Of a stretch of 45,664 bases of DNA, positions 34,041 through 45,664 are shown piece by piece. The translations under genes and the position numbers were made by a program. The first letter of the stretch is position 1, and each line of letters starts with the position of its first letter. Below the pieces are notes generated by a model that made no database searches, was not told the origin of the DNA, and saw nothing but the letters and a program-made list of their open reading frames with translations. Where the stretch lies: contig NC_069002.1 of the NCBI RefSeq assembly GCF_001194135.2, forward strand, positions 23,140,743 to 23,186,406, given 5' to 3'. Source of the DNA: Octopus bimaculoides. Its lineage: Eukaryota.

Positions 34041-34515
34041 ATACATGTATCAGCAAACGCATGCATGCACACAAACAAACTTGCACGAATGCCCTTCTGT
34101 TAAGTATTGATAGTAATAATACTAACAACAACAACAGCAACAGCAACAATCTATGTTGAAACGTGGGATGTGTTTTTAAAATCTATGACAAAATATCTTG
34201 TTTTTCTAAACCCCTCATCCAGTGTTTTAGATGTTTACCATCTTTGGAATTTTAGAGAATTTTTACATGAACAGTTTTTCTTTCTAACACAAGAATCTAA
34301 CTTTGTTATGAGGATAAATGCAAAGATTTTCAAGGAAACGGATTAGAGAAGAAAATGAATAAAATTTTAGAAAATATATCATGTTTAAAAGAGTAGAAAA
34401 TGATAAAATAAAATAATATTTTGTTAAATTTACATGTATACATATAAATATAAATATATATACATACATATATATGTGTGCATGTGTTTGTACAGTATCT
34501 ATCTATGTATCTATG

Positions 34516-34585
<70 letters not shown>

Positions 34586-34870
34586 TGTATATATGTTTGT
34601 GTTTGTGATACATATAAAATGTATATATGTTTGTGTAACCAAGAACTCACACATATGTATATATGTATGGAAACACACACACACACACACACATACACAC
34701 ACTCATATATGTGTGGTGTGTGTGTGTGTGTATTTATATGTACTCATTGGTTATATTGTGGTGTTAGATATTGTGCAAGTTGTACGCCAAAGTAGAGAAT
34801 GAGATGTTCTAGTTTTAAAAAAAATGAATATGTGTATGTATATATATATGTACGTGTGTGCACGCATGTG

Positions 34871-34905
<35 letters not shown>

Positions 34906-34914
34906 CATACATAT

Positions 34915-35600
34915 TTTACTTATTTTTTCATTAGACTGTGTCCGTACTAGGGCTCCACCTTCAAGAATTTTTAGTCAAATGAGTTGACGCCAGCACTTAT
35001 TACTTTTGAAGCCTGTTGCTTACTCTATCAGTCTCTTTTGCTGAACTGCTAATTCACATGGCCATAAAGAAACCACTATTAGCTTTCAAGCAGTGGAGGG
35101 CAAACACAGACATATAAGACTCACACACGCATATGTATATGATGGGCTTCTTTCAGTTTCCTATTTCTTTATTGCCCACAAGGGGTTAAACATAGAGGGG
35201 ACAAACAAGGACAGACAAAGGGATTAAATCGATTACATCGACCCCAGTGCGTAACTGGTACTTAATTTATCGACCCCGAAAGGATGAAAGGCAAAGTCGA
35301 CCTCGGCGGAATTTGAACTCNNNNNNNNNNTATCGACCCCGAAAGGATGAAAGGCAAAGTCGACCTCGGCGGAATTTGAACTCAGAACGTAACGGCAGAC
35401 GAAATACCGCTAAGCATTTCGCCCAGCGTGCTAACGTTTCTGCCAGCTCGCCGCCTTCTTTCAGTTTCTGCTTACCAAATCCACTCATAAGGCCTTGGTC
35501 AGCCCAGTGCTTTAGTAGAAGATACTTGGCCAAGGTGTCACGCAATGGGATTGATCCCAGAAGCATGTAATTGGGAAACAAGCTTCTCACCACTATATGC
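34915..35600 (-). mobile_element. SINE family A copy interrupted by a family B insertion
   Basis: 3' half at 34915-35160 and 5' half at 35456-35600. Confidence 0.85.
35161..35455 (-). mobile_element. young full-length SINE family B with 13-bp TSD
   Basis: Head GGCGGCGAGCTGGCAGAAACGTTAGC, B box GAGTTCAAATTCC, central GCCTTTCATCCTTTCGGGGTCGATAAATTAAGTACCAG (Meta/MESC-domain-like). TSD TTCTTTCAGTTTC at 35148-35160 and 35456-35468. Confidence 0.93.
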
Positions 35601-35861
35601 ACTTATATTTCATCAATATCATTATCTTCCTGCTATTTTCTATGTTGGAATTGGTCAGCTGGAGAGTTCCAAAACATTTCTGTTCTTTGATGCTTTTATC
35701 ATTCTGCTAGACAAGATGGAGGTCAGTGTGTCTTTGATTCATTCAATTTTGGTTTGGTTTCTATGGTTGGATTCCATTCTTACCACCAACTGTTTTACAG
35801 AACACACTGGCATCCTCTCTAATTGTGCAGAGTCCAGTCTAAGAGGAAATAGTTTTCTCTA

Positions 35862-36073
35862 CTTCATCTTTTATCTTTTACTTGTTTCAGTCATTGGACT
35901 GTGACCAAGCTGGGGCATTGCCTCAAAGGGGTCAGTGGAACAAGTCAACCCCAGTACTTACTTTTTAAGCTTAGTACTGGTTCTGTTAGTCTCTCTTGCT
36001 GAACTGCTAGGTTATGGGGATGGGAAACAAACCAACACTGGTTGATAAGTGGTGGTGGGGACAAACACAAAGG

Positions 36074-36121
<48 letters not shown>

Positions 36122-36250
36122 CATACATGCGATGAGCTTCTTTCAGCTTCCATCTCTCAGATCCACTCAAGGCTTTAGTCGGCCCAAAGCTATACTAGAA
36201 GACACATGTCCAAGGTGCCAAGTAGAGAGATTGAACCTGAAACCATGTGT
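35862..36250 (-). mobile_element. SINE family A, degenerate
   Basis: Colinear homology to other copies. Confidence 0.8.
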
Positions 36251-36800
36251 TTATTGACTATTGAATGCAGGCATAAAATGTAAGTGATGACCAAGTGTAT
36301 TGATATGAAGCAGAGTGATTGGAGGAAGAGATGGGTTAGAAGAGTAATAGGGAGAGGAGAGAGAGAGAGTAATAGGCAGCTATATGTTGGTTGCTTGTAA
36401 TGAAATGGAATAGGAAAAAACAGCATGGGTTGTATGATGGTGAAAGGGAATGATTGGTTAGACAGGATAATGAAAGGCAGGGAGAGGAAGTGGTAGAGGA
36501 GGGAGATATATGTGAGAGATGGAGAAACAAAGATTGCTGATGGTCAGAGAGAGGGGGAGTAATGGACAGCAATATAGGTGAATGATTTAAAAGGGATTAG
36601 GGGAATGTCAGGGAAGGGGACAGAGATGGAGGCAGAGTATGTGATGACTAACAGTGAAGAAGGATGAAAGTGGGAGACAACGAATGTAGACAGATTCATT
36701 GCTGTCTCACATTACGCAGGCATCATGATGGCCAAGAGGAAAAGTGATAAAGGGTGATGGAGAAAGAGAGTGTTATAAAGTGTGAATTAAAAGTAAACAA

Positions 36801-37195
36801 GTATGGCTGTGTGGTAAGGAGTTTGCTTCCTAACCACATGGCTATGGGTTCAGTCCTACTACATGACATCTTTGGCAAGTGTCTTCTACTATAGCCTTGA
36901 GAGTGGATTTGGTAAATAAAGTTTGAAGGAAGCCCATGATATATGTGTGTGTGTGTGTGTGTGTGCATGTGTCTGTGTATGCGTTTGTTTCCCCTCACTG
37001 CTTGACAACTGGTGTTGGTGTGTTTACATCCCTGTAACTTAGCAGTTCAGCAAAGCGACCAATAGAATAATTACCAGGCTTTACAAAATTAATTAAAAGT
37101 ACTGGGTTCGATAAGTTTGACTAAAGTTCTTCAAGGCATTGCCCCAACATGGCCACAGTCGAATGAGTGCAAGAAGTAAAAAATAAAGAATAAAT
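36801..37195 (+). mobile_element. SINE family A near full copy
   Basis: TGGCTGTGTGGTAAGGAG head to ATGGCCACAGTCGAATGAGTGCAAGAAGTAAAAAATAAAG tail. Confidence 0.85.
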
Positions 37196-37583
37196 GCATA
37201 TCAGTCTCCAGGTCCACAAGACTCAATGATGGAACAGAAAGAGAGGAATGAAGAATGCAAAAACTGAAGATTGAACCAAATGTGAACATGTACACACCCA
37301 AACCCCATCAACAACACTATTTTTGGCGCTGTTTTGTCATGTTTATATTGGTGGCCATGGGTGGGTTTCCCCTCAAACACCCTGTAACACCATGCATCAC
37401 AGTTCTTTGCCATCTTGTTCCTGAGTTCCACCTACTCGGAAACTGTCATAACCACTTCGTAACCTAACTTCTTTGATCTCCTTCTTCTCTATGTTCTATC
37501 CCCCTTCAAGGGCTTAGCACTTCTTATTACACAAAAGAACAAGGATGTGTGTATATACATCCATATGTGTATATTTGTGTGTA

Positions 37584-37661
<78 letters not shown>

Positions 37662-37802
37662 TACACACATATAGATGTACACATAAATGCATGCATACAA
37701 ATATACAAGTATGTATACATATATATGTATATATATATGTGTATGTATGTATGTATGCATACATATATACTATCTATATATGAATGTATGCATTCATATA
37801 TC

Positions 37803-37844
<42 letters not shown>

Positions 37845-38054
37845 GCACACACACACATCTATATGTATATAAGTATCTAAGAAAAGCAATGTATATATAT
37901 ATATTTGTGTGTGTGTATGTATGCATGCATGTATGTAATGTGTGTGTGTGTATATATATATGTATAATCATGTTTTTTATATGTACGTATGTCTATCACT
38001 CGTGCACATAAATATTCATATATATATATATATATATATATATANNNNNNNNNN

Positions 38055-38098
<44 letters not shown>

Positions 38099-38870
38099 AC
38101 TTATTGCCTTTATATCATCATCACCATCCTCATTGTCATCATCATCATCATCATCATCGTTGATGTATGTTAGCTAAATGCAAAATCTACAGAGCTGGGG
38201 AATGGCATCCATGCATTCTAACGAAGTAAGAGTGATAAGGACTACTTTTGCACAATATATTCTGTGCAATTGCTCCAAGCTCACGATTAGCAAGAATCTG
38301 TTGCACCGCCATTAAATCGATTGTGGTTTTTGTTAACAGTTTTCTTTCCCCTTATCATTGAAATGCTATTCAAATATTCATATGTATATGTTTGAGTATG
38401 TATTTATGATTGTATGTCTGTTTGTGTGTGTGTCTGTATGTAAGTATGTATATGTATGTATATAAGAATCTTGCAAAACAAATATATAAACGGAATTTAT
38501 ATATATATATATATATATATATTCCGTTTCTATGAATATATATTTATGTATATATATATTAACAATAGGTATATGTTTATATATATGCTTATACAAATAC
38601 TTGCATATAAATGTATGTATACATACATATATATGCACATTATATATGTATGCTTATGTATGTGTGCATGTATATATGTGTGTGTAAGTATGTGTATGTG
38701 TGGTTTAGGTGGGGTTTTTTTTATCAATGTACGTGTGTATGTCAGTATACTTGTATATTTCTGGGTATAGACTTATAAATGTATGTCCATATGTATGTTT
38801 ATATGTAACAGTATTCACATATTGTTGTATATTTATTATGCTTATGTATGTTTGTGTGTATAAGTGTTTT

Positions 38871-38925
<55 letters not shown>

Positions 38926-39406
38926 ATATACACAAACACACATACAGATATATATATGTATAGATAGACACACACACACACATACATATAGTACACTTGT
39001 TTAATATTTTGTAATGTTTTATAATTGAATTGGATTTTTAAAATATATTCACTCTGAAGGTATCTACCTGCTTTTGTGTCTCTACCCCATTACTAGCCTG
39101 AATTCTGTACCTGCAATCATTTACATACACCTGTAATCACACACACCTATATCTAAATATATATGTATCACTGTGTGTGTGTGTGCATGCATACATATGC
39201 ATATGCACATCCATGCATATTTTGAATGCCTTAAATTAATATTTTAATAATTAAACACCGATGCATTTCTAAGATTTTGACAAATAACCAATAACCAATA
39301 GCCACCACTTTCCTCACCCTCCTCCTCCTCCTCATCATCATCATCTCTACAATTGTTGCTGTCTTCACCCTCATTTGCATTGTGAAATTGAAATTCTTAA
39401 CAATTC

Positions 39407-39446
<40 letters not shown>

Positions 39447-39576
39447 ATAATGCTAGTGATAATACAACTACTACTATTGTTACAACCATTATTATGATAA
39501 TTAGAATAACGACTACAGCATCTTGTCAATTAGTGTATCTCTGTTTTCATTTCAACCTCTCTATCTTTCATGTGAG

Positions 39577-39622
<46 letters not shown>

Positions 39623-39643
39623 TACATATACACACATACGCTT

Positions 39644-40040
39644 TCTCTCTCTCTCCCTTTCTCTCTCTCTCCCTTTCTCTCTCNNNNNNNNNNNNNNNNN
39701 NNNNNNNNNNNNNNNNNNNNNNNNNNNNNNNNNNNNNNNNNNNNNNNNNNNNNNNNNNNNNNNNNNNNNNNNNNNNNNNNNNNNNNNNNNNNNNNNNNNN
39801 NNNNNNNNNNNNNNNNNNNNNNNNNNNNNNNNNNNNNNNNNNNNNNNNNNNNNNNNNNNNNNNNNNNNNNNNNNNNNNNNNNNNNNNNNNNNNNNNNNNN
39901 NNNNNNNNNNNNNNNNNNNNNNNNNNNNNNNNNNNNNNNNNNNTCTCTCCCTTTCTCTCTCTCTCTCCCTTTCTCTCTCTCTCCCTTTCTCTCTCTCTCC
40001 CTTTCTCTCTCTCTCCCTTTCTCTCTCTCTCTCTTTCTCT
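39644..40040. repeat. (CT)nCCCTTT minisatellite spanning a gap
   Basis: Repeated CTCTCTCTCCCTTT units on both sides of the N run. Confidence 0.9.
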
Positions 40041-41249
40041 CACATACCCCTGCGCATATGCATATAAACCTGTACTCTCTCTCTATCTCATGCATACACA
40101 CACACTCTTACATATGTGTGCTCCTAGTTATACCTACATACACATTTGCACAATCACACACAAACACACACACACACAGCTGCACATACATATACAAATG
40201 TGTACACTTTCTCTTTCTCTCTCTCACACACACACATACATACACACCATTATATACTCACACACCTTTGTACACACATGCACAAACATTTACTCTCTCT
40301 CACACACACATGCACACACATACATTTGTATACTCAATAGTAACATACACACACACACACACACACACACACTTACACTCGCACATATTTTCAGAAACAC
40401 AAACACGTACTTTCTCTCCTTCTCACACACACACACACTTGCACATATATGTAGTCACACCATAATCACACATGCATACACACACACACACTCATGTCCC
40501 AAAATATCCTCGTGACCAAACAATGCATTCAGAATTTAAAAAATTTTGCTTTTAAAAACCAATTTTCAGGAAACAATTTAGAACGTATGTTTAGCAATGA
40601 TTCCTCTTTATTCCACCCCCAAAAATTTTGTCTCAAAGATGGGTAAACATGGCCAACTCTGGCCAAACTGGAGCCACCTGAGTTTTGTGAGGGATAAGCT
40701 ACTTTCTAACCTGGTTCATTTTGCAGATGCATTTCTGCGAGAACCATGTTAGATGTTTAAAGGATGTTTAAATTTGTTGGTGTTGTTGCTGTTATTGCTA
40801 TTGCTGTTGTTGCTATACCTTGTTGAATAGACCTATGGTCAAAATGATTCTAACTATGGCCATCAAGTCTTTTCACACAGATGTAGCTTATTAAAAGCTG
40901 GCACTACCTAATGTGTCCTTCCTTTTTGTAAAGACATAACAGCATGATTTGAGAGAGATTCGGCTACTATTTCTTGCAGTTTCTGGGTCCATGTAGAGGC
41001 ATCACTCAATTTTATTATTTCAGTTGTATTTATTTTTGTTTATATCATAGATTGTTTTTGTATTTTCGTAAGTTAATGTCTGCCTCTTTAACAAACCTCT
41101 ATTCAATTAAGTAATCATTATACAGTCAATATAATTGATACCAGTTATATACTAGGGTCAACTCAATCAGTTACACACCCATCTCAATATCTGTGATCTT
41201 CTGCCAATGCCAAATGCAGAATTATTAAACTTGAGGAATTAATTTACAA

Positions 41250-41345
41250 TGTTTGTGCTCTGAGTTCAGATTTGCTTTTCATCCTTTTAAGGTCAATAAG
41301 ATTATGTAACTGGGGCTGATTTAATCTGATTAATCCCACAACCAT
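41250..41345 (+). mobile_element. SINE family B fragment
   Basis: TCTGAGTTCAGATTTGCTTTTCATCCTTTTAAGGTCAATAAGATT. Confidence 0.65.
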
Positions 41346-41364
41346 GTCTGTACCTGTTTATATA

Positions 41365-41620
41365 TCATCATCATCACCATCATCATAGTCATCATAGTCA
41401 CCATCATCTTCATTGTTTTAACATCCACTTTTCCATGATTGCATGGGTTGAATGGGATTCATTGAGGCTAGAAATCTCCCTGCTGCTAATCCCCACGTGT
41501 TTGCAAGTAAGCTGGTATTATCCCCATGGCTGACCATCTTTTCTTGTGAGATTGGAAAGGATTGACAGTACTGTATGAAGGTGATGCTTGTTTACAACTA
41601 TCATGTGACTTCAAGCCAAG
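41365..41620 (-). mobile_element. RTE 3' tail, diverged
   Basis: (CAT)n-TTTAACATCCACTTTTCCATGATTGCATGGGTTG. Confidence 0.7.
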
Positions 41621-41680
41621 GTGACACAAAAATAATTCCACACATACACATGCATACACACTCATCTGTGTATGTATGTA

Positions 41681-41709
<29 letters not shown>

Positions 41710-41713
<4 letters not shown>

Positions 41714-41976
41714 TTATCATCATTATCATCATCATTATCGTTTAACATCTACCTTCCATGCCAGCATGGGTGCTGTGCCGCCTGACTGGCTCCCATGCCA
41801 GTGGCACGTAAAAAGTACCCACTACAGTCTTGGAGTGGGTAGCGTTAGGAAGGGCATCCAGCTGTAGAAACATTACCAGATGAGACTGGAGCTTGGTGCA
41901 GCTTCCTGGCTTGCCAGTCTTCAGTGAAACCATCCAGCCCATGCCAACATGAAAAGCGGATGTTAAATGATGATGA

Positions 41977-41980
<4 letters not shown>
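41710..41980. mobile_element. RTE-tail chimera with inverted termini
   Basis: Minus-strand tail at 41710-41771 fused to a plus-strand 3' UTR and tail at 41772-41980. Confidence 0.85.
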
Positions 41981-42012
<32 letters not shown>

Positions 42013-42113
42013 TAGATATTGAGGGTAGAAATTGATATCAATCGATTAACATCAATTTAAACCAGTGGTCTAGCATATTTTTAAAAAATCCGAAGATTTA
42101 AAAATCATATTGC

Positions 42114-42305
42114 AATTAATAAGAGGAATGACCACCAAAGTGGATTCCTAATATGCTAAAGATAGATGTCAAATCATCGCCTTACCACGAAGAGTGTGTT
42201 TTTGCTGAGATTTTTCTCGAGAACACACTCTTTGTGGTAACGTGATTTGATGTCTATCTTTAGCATATTAGGCATCCACTTTAGTGGTCATTCCTCTTAT
42301 TAATT
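42114..42305. repeat. long near-perfect palindrome (~88-bp arms)
   Basis: AATTAATAAGAGGAATGACCAC...AGAGTGTGTT / GAACACACTCT...GTGGTCATTCCTCTTATTAATT. Confidence 0.93.
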
Positions 42306-42326
42306 ATATGTATATATATATATATA

Positions 42327-42494
42327 TGAGTGGTTGGCGTTAGGAAGGGCATCCAGCTGTAGAAATTTGCCAGATCAGATTGGAGCCTGGTGCAGCCTTC
42401 TTGCTTTGTCAGTCCTCAGTCAAACTGTCCAACCCATGTTAGCATGGAAAGTGGATGTTAAATGACAATGATGATGATGATGATGATGATGATA
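42327..42494 (+). mobile_element. RTE 3' tail
   Basis: GAGTGGTTGGCGTTAGGAAGGGCATCCAGCTGTAGAAA ... GGATGTTAAATGACAAT(GAT)n. Confidence 0.88.
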
Positions 42495-42496
42495 TG

Positions 42497-42650
42497 AGTT
42501 TGTTTCTGTTTCTGCCTACCAAATTCCCTGACAAGGCTTTGGTTGGCCCACGGCTTTTGTAGAAGGCACTTCTCTAAGCTGCCAAGCAGTGAGACTGAAA
42601 CGAAAACTATGTGTTTGGAAAGCTAATTCTTGACCACACAGCAACACTTG
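42497..42650 (-). mobile_element. SINE family A 5' fragment, degenerate
   Basis: CAAATTCCCTGACAAGGCTTTGGTTGGCCC ... CTTGACCACACAGC. Confidence 0.7.
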
Positions 42651-43187
42651 TACCAATTATATAAGCATTTGTTGAATACATTCCAATTGTGAATCAGTAA
42701 CTTGGCACAAGGAAGTTGGGTTGCTGGGTGTGGCATGGAATAATTGATAAATTCTTCCTTTGATTGTTGGTCTTGAAGAATTATAGAATGAGGAAGACTG
42801 TGGAGGTTATGGATGTAGATTTATTTCGACCAAACCACCATGTTATGATAAACACCCGTCGTCACTCCTTTCCATCCACCTCCACCACTGTGCACCCCAT
42901 TGCTTGCTTGCTTGCATAGCTCCGTGACAGACAGACAGACAGTGAAATAATAACTCAACTGCTTCATTGAAAGCCAGTGAATTGCATTCATTGCAAAACT
43001 GTTGTCTTTAATTATTTCTAAATTAATTGATTTAGAACTCAATTAACTGATTGCTAACTAATTTGTTTATGGTCAGTTGTTTTTGTTGACTATAAAATGT
43101 CTAAGAGTTTCTCTGTTGGCAACATGGGAAAGACATGTAAATCATCTTTCACTGTCTCATATCTCTACCTGCACCGCCACCACCACC

Positions 43188-43230
<43 letters not shown>

Positions 43231-43812
43231 TCTTTATTTGCAACAACAGTAATAAATTGAGGCTATTAGACAGACAAAACACAAACAGTGGCTGGTGTAA
43301 ATTCAGACAAAAATGCACAATAAGCAAAGAATTTGTCTTTTCTAGTGTTTTATGTATTTTTATTAGTCTTTGGTGTTCAAATTCATCCCACTGGCCATAT
43401 TAAGTTATTTCCCTTTCAAATTGTAAAAGAAAATTTAATTATGCAAATTACTCTAGGCTATAAATGTTCTTAAGACTTCTGTAATCATTGTATATATATA
43501 TATATATCTAAGTTCTTTGTTGACTGATCTAAAGATACAACACCTGCTGTGCTAATGATGCCTTTTGAGGTAGAAACATGTATTAACAGCAGTACCTTTA
43601 CTGAAAGACAATCATACTATCTTTCACTTAATATTTTGCCAACTCCAAAGAGTTCTTGATTCTTGAGATTCTCCATTCAGCTTTGGTTTCAATTATTTTA
43701 CCATTTCTGGAAACAAAAATAATTTGAACAGATCCCTCAAGTTTCTTGTATGGTATTTAATATATCTTCATTCCTTTTTGAAGTCCATATTCCCATCACT
43801 GGACACTTTGAA

Positions 43813-43958
43813 TTATTTCTTCTCTTTGCATCTCTTGTCACTCATGATGCATCTAAACTTCTTGGTCCTGCACTGCCCTTTACGCTGTCCTTTCTTTTCA
43901 GAACATCGGCCCCCTGGAATCTTCGGCCTGCTCATGTCTTTCCTGCAGATGTTAGGGC
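43813..43958 (-). CDS. candidate terminal coding exon, basic Cys-rich peptide of unknown family
   Basis: Acceptor CTCATATTCTTTTCAG, phase 1, open to TAA: GPNICRKDMSRPKIPGGRCSEKKGQRKGQCRTKKFRCIMSDKRCKEKK*. GC content is higher than the flanks and the sequence is non-repetitive. No homology recognised. Confidence 0.45.
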
Positions 43959-45664
43959 CTGAAAAGAATATGAGCAATCCCCTGTCTTCCTGGACCAACC
44001 AGTAAAATATATCTGATTATAGCATAGAAGACTCAGATTAGTCACTCAGAGTCACACAAAGTCTGTTAACTTCATTTAAACATTTATTCTCTGTTATTTA
44101 ATGACAAAATTTTCACTACTCAAAACTGTGACTTGGTCACTGACAATGTTGTGTTGCATGCAAGTTGTTGGTGAAGTTAACAATCTTTGTGTTTCTGAAT
44201 GGTAATCACTTTAGTTTCAATACATGATCTCACATGAAAACACTTGCCATGCAAGTACATCTCTGTAATCTATCTATCTGTCTGTCTGTCTGTCTATATG
44301 TACACATATACATGTATATACTGACATATTTTGGTGGATGAATGTATGTATAAGCATGCATGTATACAAACTTGTTACCAGTTCAAATATGCAAGAGACG
44401 TATTTGATCTTGTAAGAAAACCATTCATTGTACTTTGTCAATTTGCAGTGCTCCTAACCAGACTGGTGGATGCAAGCATTTCAGAATGTTTATCTTCTCT
44501 TCAGCACCAGTAACTGGAAAGGTAGACTCTACAAACTAACAAGATAGACAGCTCTCTCTTGTAATGTTCTCATCATCGTACTGTGATCATTTGCACTAGT
44601 CGGCAACTCACCGTAAATAAAATAAAAATGAAAGTGCTTAGCCGGATTGCATAAAAATAAAAACTTGCTACCTGTCCAATATGCTTGGGGCATATTGGAA
44701 ATCATTCATTGTATTTTGTTATGGATAAAATTTCTCACTGTAGACAGATAGGTGTAAACACATCAAATCTGTTTACTGACCATTTTACCAGAATGGTGGA
44801 TGCATGCATTTTGGAGTGGTTATCTCCTCTTCAGTACCGGCTGTCTATGACAAGGACAAAATACAATGAATAGCTTTCTTACAGGTTCAAATATACCTCA
44901 AGCATATTTGAACTGGTATCAAGTTTGTATGTATAGATAGTGTTTGTGTTCCATATGTATGCTGTATGCTTCTGCTGTTGCTGTTGTTGTTGTTACAGAA
45001 GTCATTTTAGCACCCAAGTAGGTTGCACTTGTGTTTTGTAGGGGGTCGGTAAAAGATTGGGGAGGGATGAGGGATTTTTCTGCATCCAACATTTCCTGCT
45101 TAGAGTAATAAAAATGCAATCTTTGATTCATATCACTGACTTCATTGCTCTTTGCGATTCACAGCTTATTGGCTATAAATGAATAATGTTTAATGCTTAA
45201 TATATGATGCTTAATGTATAACATTTAATTCTATTTCTGGCAAAAAAACAAAATCAGCTGCTGGTTTCATGTATATGTATACATACACATAAACACATAG
45301 ACATATGTACATGTGCATAATTGGATACTCATATATACATGTATGTATATGTGCATATATATATTTATATGTATATATTATGTGTGTATATGTATGTATG
45401 TGTATATGCATGCATATATTTTACATGTATGTGCATATGCATATATGTGTGTGTGTGTATATATATATGAATGTGTGTGTGTGTGTACATTGTATAATGT
45501 ATTTGTATATATCTTTTACTAACTAAATTAATGGGATGTAAACAACCCAACATCAGTTGTTGAGTGGACAAGCACAACGCACACACACATGTATATATAT
45601 GCATATATACATATATATATGTGCATGTATATATGTATATAATATATATATATATATATATATA

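Noticed and set aside
55-45604. Numerous long ORFs rich in YI, HT, CV, ER or X
   Set aside because: These are translations of (TA)n, (CA)n, (GA)n microsatellites and N gaps.

Overview
AT-rich, microsatellite-saturated eukaryotic DNA from a short-read assembly, with about 5.4 kb (~12%) in N gaps. The repeat inventory (tRNA-headed SINEs, RTE tails ending GCGGACGTTAAAC(GAT)n) points to an octopod cephalopod, probably Octopus; this is inference from recalled repeat families. Almost all ORFs in the supplied track are microsatellite or gap artefacts. Recognisable content is mostly decayed retroelements: a near-full-length R4/Dong-clade LINE (~21.3-25.7 kb, minus) flanked by (AAT)n, a ~1.8 kb RTE-clade fragment with an embedded PHD-like finger, two CR1-clade fragments, Penelope-like (GIY-YIG) remnants, about 13 copies of one CORE-type SINE, several copies of a second SINE, and many RTE 3' tails. 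There are also several foldback/MITE-like palindromes and a candidate Helitron. The only plausible host coding signal is a Cys/Lys-rich terminal exon at 43813-43958 (minus). The most unusual object is a ~270 bp element (18766-19036) that joins a tRNA-like Pol III head to a hammerhead-ribozyme-like 3' module, a candidate Penelope-dependent SINE/retrozyme hybrid.
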